A stretch of DNA of 64,000 nt from Chara braunii (Eukaryota > Plantae > Charophyceae): contig BFEA01000007.1 of NCBI GenBank assembly GCA_003427395.1, positions 2,682,625 through 2,746,624 on the forward strand, given 5' to 3'. The position numbers and the translations under genes are program-made. The notes beneath the pieces are model-generated. The model made no database searches and was not told the origin of the DNA. It saw only the letters and a program-made list of their open reading frames with translations. Shown piece after piece: positions 58,900 to 64,000 of the stretch (its first letter is position 1; each line of letters begins with the position of its first letter).

Positions 58900-60900
58900 G
58901 ATTAAGCTTCTTTTACTTCAGCCAAAATTTGATGATATGCCCAGGATCTCCATAGAACACGCATTGAAAGTTTTCCATGTCATCATGCCAAACATTATGT
59001 TCTAAGCCTATGGGTTCCAAGGTCTGCCTTCATGCTGACCTGGGTGCCATTCACCTCTTCTGGGAGGTGATCGACTAGAGCTAGGGAGGTTAGACGGGGG
59101 ACCTTGAACCCTACCTCCCACTTGGCGATCTCTGTTGCCGCCAACCCTCTGGTCACCTTGCCCTCGACCACTTGAGGCCTGACGACCTCTGCCATGGCCT
59201 CGTTCTTCTCCTTGCGGTCTCCTGCCAACCTCGACAACATCATCTGAACTCCCCGTCTCTCTACTGTTGTCATGTCTTTCAAGTCCCCACTCCATGTAAG
59301 TATAGGGGATTTCTTGGACACCACCTTCTTCCATTATTAGTTTGAGACCGTCTTTGGCCTTAACTTGGTCAGAGATAGTGCGACCCTTCCACTTTTTTCC
59401 CTTAGCTAAGTCCTTATACCAGATAGTGCTAACTGGCATGGACTGGGTGGCGAAGGCAACAACTTCCCTATTGAGGAGATCATAGGTCATCTCAGGCTTT
59501 TGCCTTTTGTTAAAGAAATACCGTTGCAATTGCTCGGGCAGCGCATGGTAAAAAAGTTGGACTAGCTGCGCTTTTGTAACTCTTAGTGCATGGACACTCT
59601 TTCAAGGTCGCGTATGGATCACTTGGAGTTTGTCGGACACCTTCAATCTTCTAGTGACGTCCGCATTGCAGCAAAGAAATCGTCGAGGTTATAATGGCAG
59701 AATAAGTGACCACGTCATTTTTGTAGTGGACGGCTCGTGCGAGAGATCTGGTGAAACTAGTTGCTTCGCCACTCAACGCCTGAAAAGCTATCAGGACATG
59801 GTCATCGAACGACACATTCTGTAAATACAGATACAATTTAATACTAGCCCAATTGTCAAAGTCCTCATCCCTTCTTCCACTATAGGACTTAGGGAAGCGA
59901 ACTTTGACTCTCGCGCGACGGGTTTGCAGTTCTTCCTCCTTGGGGACTGCCAACTTGACACCCTCAATTGCACCGATGCAAAACTTCTTTGCTCTACCAA
60001 TTGCCGTCTGCATTTCATTTACGAGATAAATCATCATTTCCTAGGCAAAGTTGTGGAACCCGGCTCACATGGATTAAAGTGCTATATCATGCCCACGAAG
60101 GTGCCTTATTTGTTCTCGATGAGCTGCCAAAATAGAGGCCATACTATGGGAGAGGGTGTCAATCTTTTTCCATATCTTTGTCTCTTTTTTCATCTTACCC
60201 AGTCACTCCTCTGCCGCCTTCAATTCCTGCTCCATCTTATCTGCCATTTTCAATCGCCTCGGTTTCTCCTTAGCAAGGCACAACTTCCATTCCAACTTCT
60301 TCTCCTGCTCTTTTGTCTGACGACGCAGGGGACCCTTTTCTCTCTCCAGCTCTCTTGTTACTGTTTCTCTTTCTGCCTGGGGGACTATCAACTCTGCTTT
60401 CCTATCTTCCCCCAGAGATAATCCTCCCATTTCTCTCTCCAGCTCTCTTGTTACTGTTTCTCTTTCTGCCTGGGGGACTATCAACTCAACTTTCCTATCT
60501 TCCCCCAAATATAATCCTGTCATCCAGTCCTTTACAAAATTTTCCACCTCTTCCGGTGGGGCTGGACCTGTACTCGATTCTCCTCTCTCCTCCTTCCTTT
60601 CTTTTGGGCCCTTCATTGCTTCCTTCTCTCTCCTCCTCTGTAACGAGGGATCCTCTTCTTCGTTTTTTTTCACCTCTTCCTCTTCTTCAACCAATTTTTT
60701 AGCCAACTTCGCCTCTTGTTCCTTCTTCCACACCTCTATCTCTTCCATCCTTTTCTTGCTGGCCGATTCTTCTTCTAGCAAGGCCAGTCTTTTGGTATGT
60801 TTCTCCAAGGCTCTCTTCTCCTTTCTCTCCCTCTTCTCTCGGAGAAGTACGGTCGCTTTCTCCTCCTATTCCTTACTATATGGCAGGGTCTGAATTTCGT
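58900..60900 (-). pseudogene. Gypsy gag pseudogene of element C with an in-frame 93-bp duplication (60337-60523)
   Basis: Coiled-coil N-terminus, VRFPKSYSG...DFDNW, and zinc knuckle CVFYGDPGH. The 31-aa repeat contains GLxLGEDRKxELIVPQAERETVTRELERE. Confidence 0.87.
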
Positions 60901-62179
60901 ACTTAGAAGTCACAGTGCAACAAACGGTCTGCCAAAATCCCAACAGAAAGAGGACATGGAGTAAGGGCCCCCAAAGGGAGAGGCCCATGATGAAGGCGAA
61001 CACAGGGTAGTCGTCCATGTTGGACTATGACACAATCACAAACGATTCCCCTCCTCAACACTCAGACCAACCCACCAAGACACTGACCGCTTAGAGGACT
61101 ACAAAGGTCTCCCTTCCACCTTAGCCAGGCTACCACTTTCGTCGGATGCTTTCACAGCCACAGTCCAATCTTTCCACAATCGTCGGATGCCTGTGCACCC
61201 ACAACTCAATCCTGCCTGGCTTTGGCTTCCAATTGTCCGTTTGTCAACTACTTGAGACTATATTGCAACTAGTCTGTCACTACAGAACTACTGGCTGGTC
61301 AGGAAGCATTTAAGGATGTCCCCCATAACTCCTTAGGAATTAGTCAACGTCGCAGTTAGGACGCCGATCACAACCAGAGTTATCTCAAGGCTTAGACAGA
61401 CTGGACGCGCGATCTGCAGCTCGGAGTTCACGTATAGTGTACCACCCAGAGCAGCCTGTCGGTCTGTACCGGTCCTTGGGGGTTTTCCCCCAGGTCGACT
61501 GGCGACTGATAAAACTCACCCCTACTCAGTCCCATGCAGGTGTCGGCCCCTTAGCCTCTATAAGACCACATGCATAGAACCTACAACAACCTGGACAGGT
61601 GTGACTCAATGCAGAAAGATATGTCAGACTCTACAAGACAAACTTGACTGCATCAAGTACCAAGATGAGTATGGAAGATCCACAGAGCATGAAAGGACAA
61701 GGGTCAGGGCTTGAAGAGATTGAATTGCTTCTCACTCCGCACTCCACGCTTGGTCAACGGTCAACTTAGTCAATTGTGCCGGTCAACGCTCGCTGGTCAC
61801 CGCTCGTCGGCCAACTCTCGCTGGTCAACTCTTTGACCATCCAACTATGGCGTCTTTCTCTCTCTTCCTCTCCTTCGTTTACTTAACCCTCTTTTTCTTC
61901 GTCCTCGAGCTCGGCTATGGCCGACTTCTTCTTCTCCGTCGCCGGCTATGGCTGCTACCACCTTCTTCTTCGTCACCTCTCTCTTCTCTCCAGTCACTTT
62001 CTCTTTCGTCGCCGTTCGTCTTCTTCTCCACGCTGGCAGCTATGACTTCCGTCTGCTATGGCAGTCTTCTTCCCTCACACATGTCTCTCTCTCATCGTCA
62101 TCATCATCTCCTTCTTCATGTCAGTCGTCTCCTTCCTCCTTTTCGACCTCCACGATGCTTGCGCACACAACAGGAACCT

Positions 62180-62191
62180 GCTCTGATACCA
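62180..62191 (-). promoter_or_regulatory. Primer-binding site (tRNA-iMet) of element C
   Basis: GCTCTGATACCA, 1 nt from the LTR. Confidence 0.92.
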
Positions 62192-62192
62192 T

Positions 62193-63265
62193 TGCAATCA
62201 GACTTGTGTTCACCTCACATTTAACATGCATGCATGCAACTTGCAATGGCAACAGAAACTTCCACAGACGCAGAATCAGCAACAGACTTGAGATGGCGCA
62301 GTGCGCCCACACAAAGAACTCAGAGATATGGCCTTCTGCGAGGAACTCAACTCAAAACAACTTGTCACATCTCATGGCTATGGCGTCTGAGCGCCAGTCT
62401 GGAATTCCCACCCTAACATTGTATCCACCGGACCACCGTCAGACACCCTCACACGCACGTACGCACACAACACTTGGATCTACCCTCAATGCCTGCACAT
62501 ACACATTAACTACTAACCCGTCATATTGGCGGCTATGACCGCCATTGTCTTCCTCCTCTCAAGCGGCTATGGCCGCCGTTGTCTTCCTCCTCTCAAGCGG
62601 CTATGGCCGCTTGTCCTCTTCCACCTTCGAGGTCTCTTGATGACCACCGGTGAACTCAGTGCAGCAGTGACTCGAGCAGCGCTTCCTCGTAGTTCTCCAG
62701 TAATGACTGATCGCTGCCTCTTTATTTATACTGTTTCGTTTGATGGTCTGGGCCTGCCCGATGTCCCAGACCCTTAAGATGTGCAGTCCAACTCTGATAC
62801 TTGCTGCAAAATGGACTGGACTGGGACTGCCCTTTCACTTGCCCCTTCTGTGTTGACTTGGGACTCTGGACCTTTCAGAGATTGACAGACTGCCCTTTAA
62901 AACTGCGAGAGGTCAAGTTGACTCTTCGAGCATTACTCTAGACACGGCCTGTTGACCTTTCAGAGGACGTATGGCCAGTTGACCTTCCGAAAGGTCAGAT
63001 GTAAATATTGCCATTTTTTAGGAAACTTAAAGACGACCCTTAAGACTTCTAAACAACTAATTTAAAGATCAAATCCACATGACCCAAGCTGCACACACAA
63101 AACATTTGTATGCGGTTTTAGGGATAGGTCGCGGGTTCAAAGCACACAACGTCAACAGGCAACTATACAGTGGGCTAGAGAAGGTCTGGGGATCGACTCC
63201 TGGTATCTGCAATGTTGCATGAACAAGGTGAACCCTTTCATGTGAGTGTGTACTGAGTTACGACA
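62193..63265 (-). repeat. 5' LTR of element C
   Basis: Matches 54163-55120. The outer end is placed tentatively at ...TTACGACA. Confidence 0.85.
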
Positions 63266-63404
63266 AAATTGCCAAGAAGTCATTAATGTCGATCAAAGCG
63301 CCTCGTCCCTTTTCCATGCAGAGATGACATTTTGCCTCGTTGATTTTCAGATGTAAGCGATCATATGAAGATGCATATATGCTTGGGGTTGTGTGTATGT
63401 GTGC

Positions 63405-63866
63405 ACGACTATGTGGCACCCAAGGCCGCGGATCCTGCGGCCTAGGTCGCGGCCGAGGAGGCCGGCCGCGGGCCGACTATGTGGCACCCAAGTTTCCACG
63501 TGGCCTTGCCACAGCCAAGCGGGGGCGCGCGCGGCCTGCGCACGTCGGCCTCTAACGACCTGCCCAAAAAAAAAAAAAATTTTTGAAAATTTGGGGAGTG
63601 CTTTTTGGTAAGTAGCAAAAATGCTCGGTCTTTGCGTTAGCCGGACCCCCACCGGCAGCCCCACCCCATCTCTGACTACCGCTGTTGGGGCGGGGCGCAA
63701 CATGAATTTACCTCGTTTGCGGCGCCCTATGCGTGCAGGGGTCCCCTCTATATAGTCTTAGGAGTAGTGGTAGGAAGGTAGTGAAAGGCGAAAAAGAAAA
63801 CATAAATAAAAAAAATAGAAAAAAATAAATATTCATTTATTGATTGTTTTTTTTATTGATTGATTG

Positions 63867-63915
<49 letters not shown>

Positions 63916-64000
63916 GGGGGAGGGGTCCTCCCTCCCCTCCTCGGCACACACACACACACGCACACACACACACACACACACACACGTGCACGCACAAACA
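63405..64000. mobile_element. Probable DNA transposon terminus with GC-rich subterminal repeats, then (GATT)n and (CA)n
   Basis: CGACTATGTGGCACCCAAG occurs twice around clustered GGCCGC motifs. The partner end is not in the window. Confidence 0.35.

Larger units (their letters stand above)
54163..63265 (-). mobile_element. Near full-length decayed Ty3/Gypsy element C
   Basis: Colinear LTRs at 54163-55120 and 62193-~63265, PBS at 62180-62191, and gag-PR-RT-RH-IN on the minus strand. No clean TSD. Confidence 0.92.

Overview
This 64-kb window is repeat-saturated eukaryotic nuclear DNA from a gapped draft scaffold. The gene content and style suggest a charophyte green alga such as Chara (inference). 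No intact host gene is recognisable. It holds four decayed chromovirus-type Ty3/Gypsy elements plus LTR remnants, two L1-clade LINEs, a split hAT (BED/DUF659) transposase, and hAT and foldback MITEs. It also holds two mosaics of mitochondrial DNA (nad1, nad2, rrn26 and a group II intron RT), an orphan 5.8S rDNA pseudogene, complex microsatellite arrays, and three Nextera mate-pair junction adapters (artefacts). The clearest structural result is a ~10.66-kb inversion (39668-50330) with a 4-bp microhomology. Undoing it rejoins both LINE reading frames and shows an L1 plus a mitochondrial patchwork inserted into the hAT transposase. The most promising leads are a possibly Nudix-like domain conserved at the end of ORF1 in both LINEs, an AT-hook-like insert inside a Gypsy chromodomain, and a ~2-kb unidentified decayed ORF. 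All alignments were done by eye and coordinates of decayed elements are approximate.
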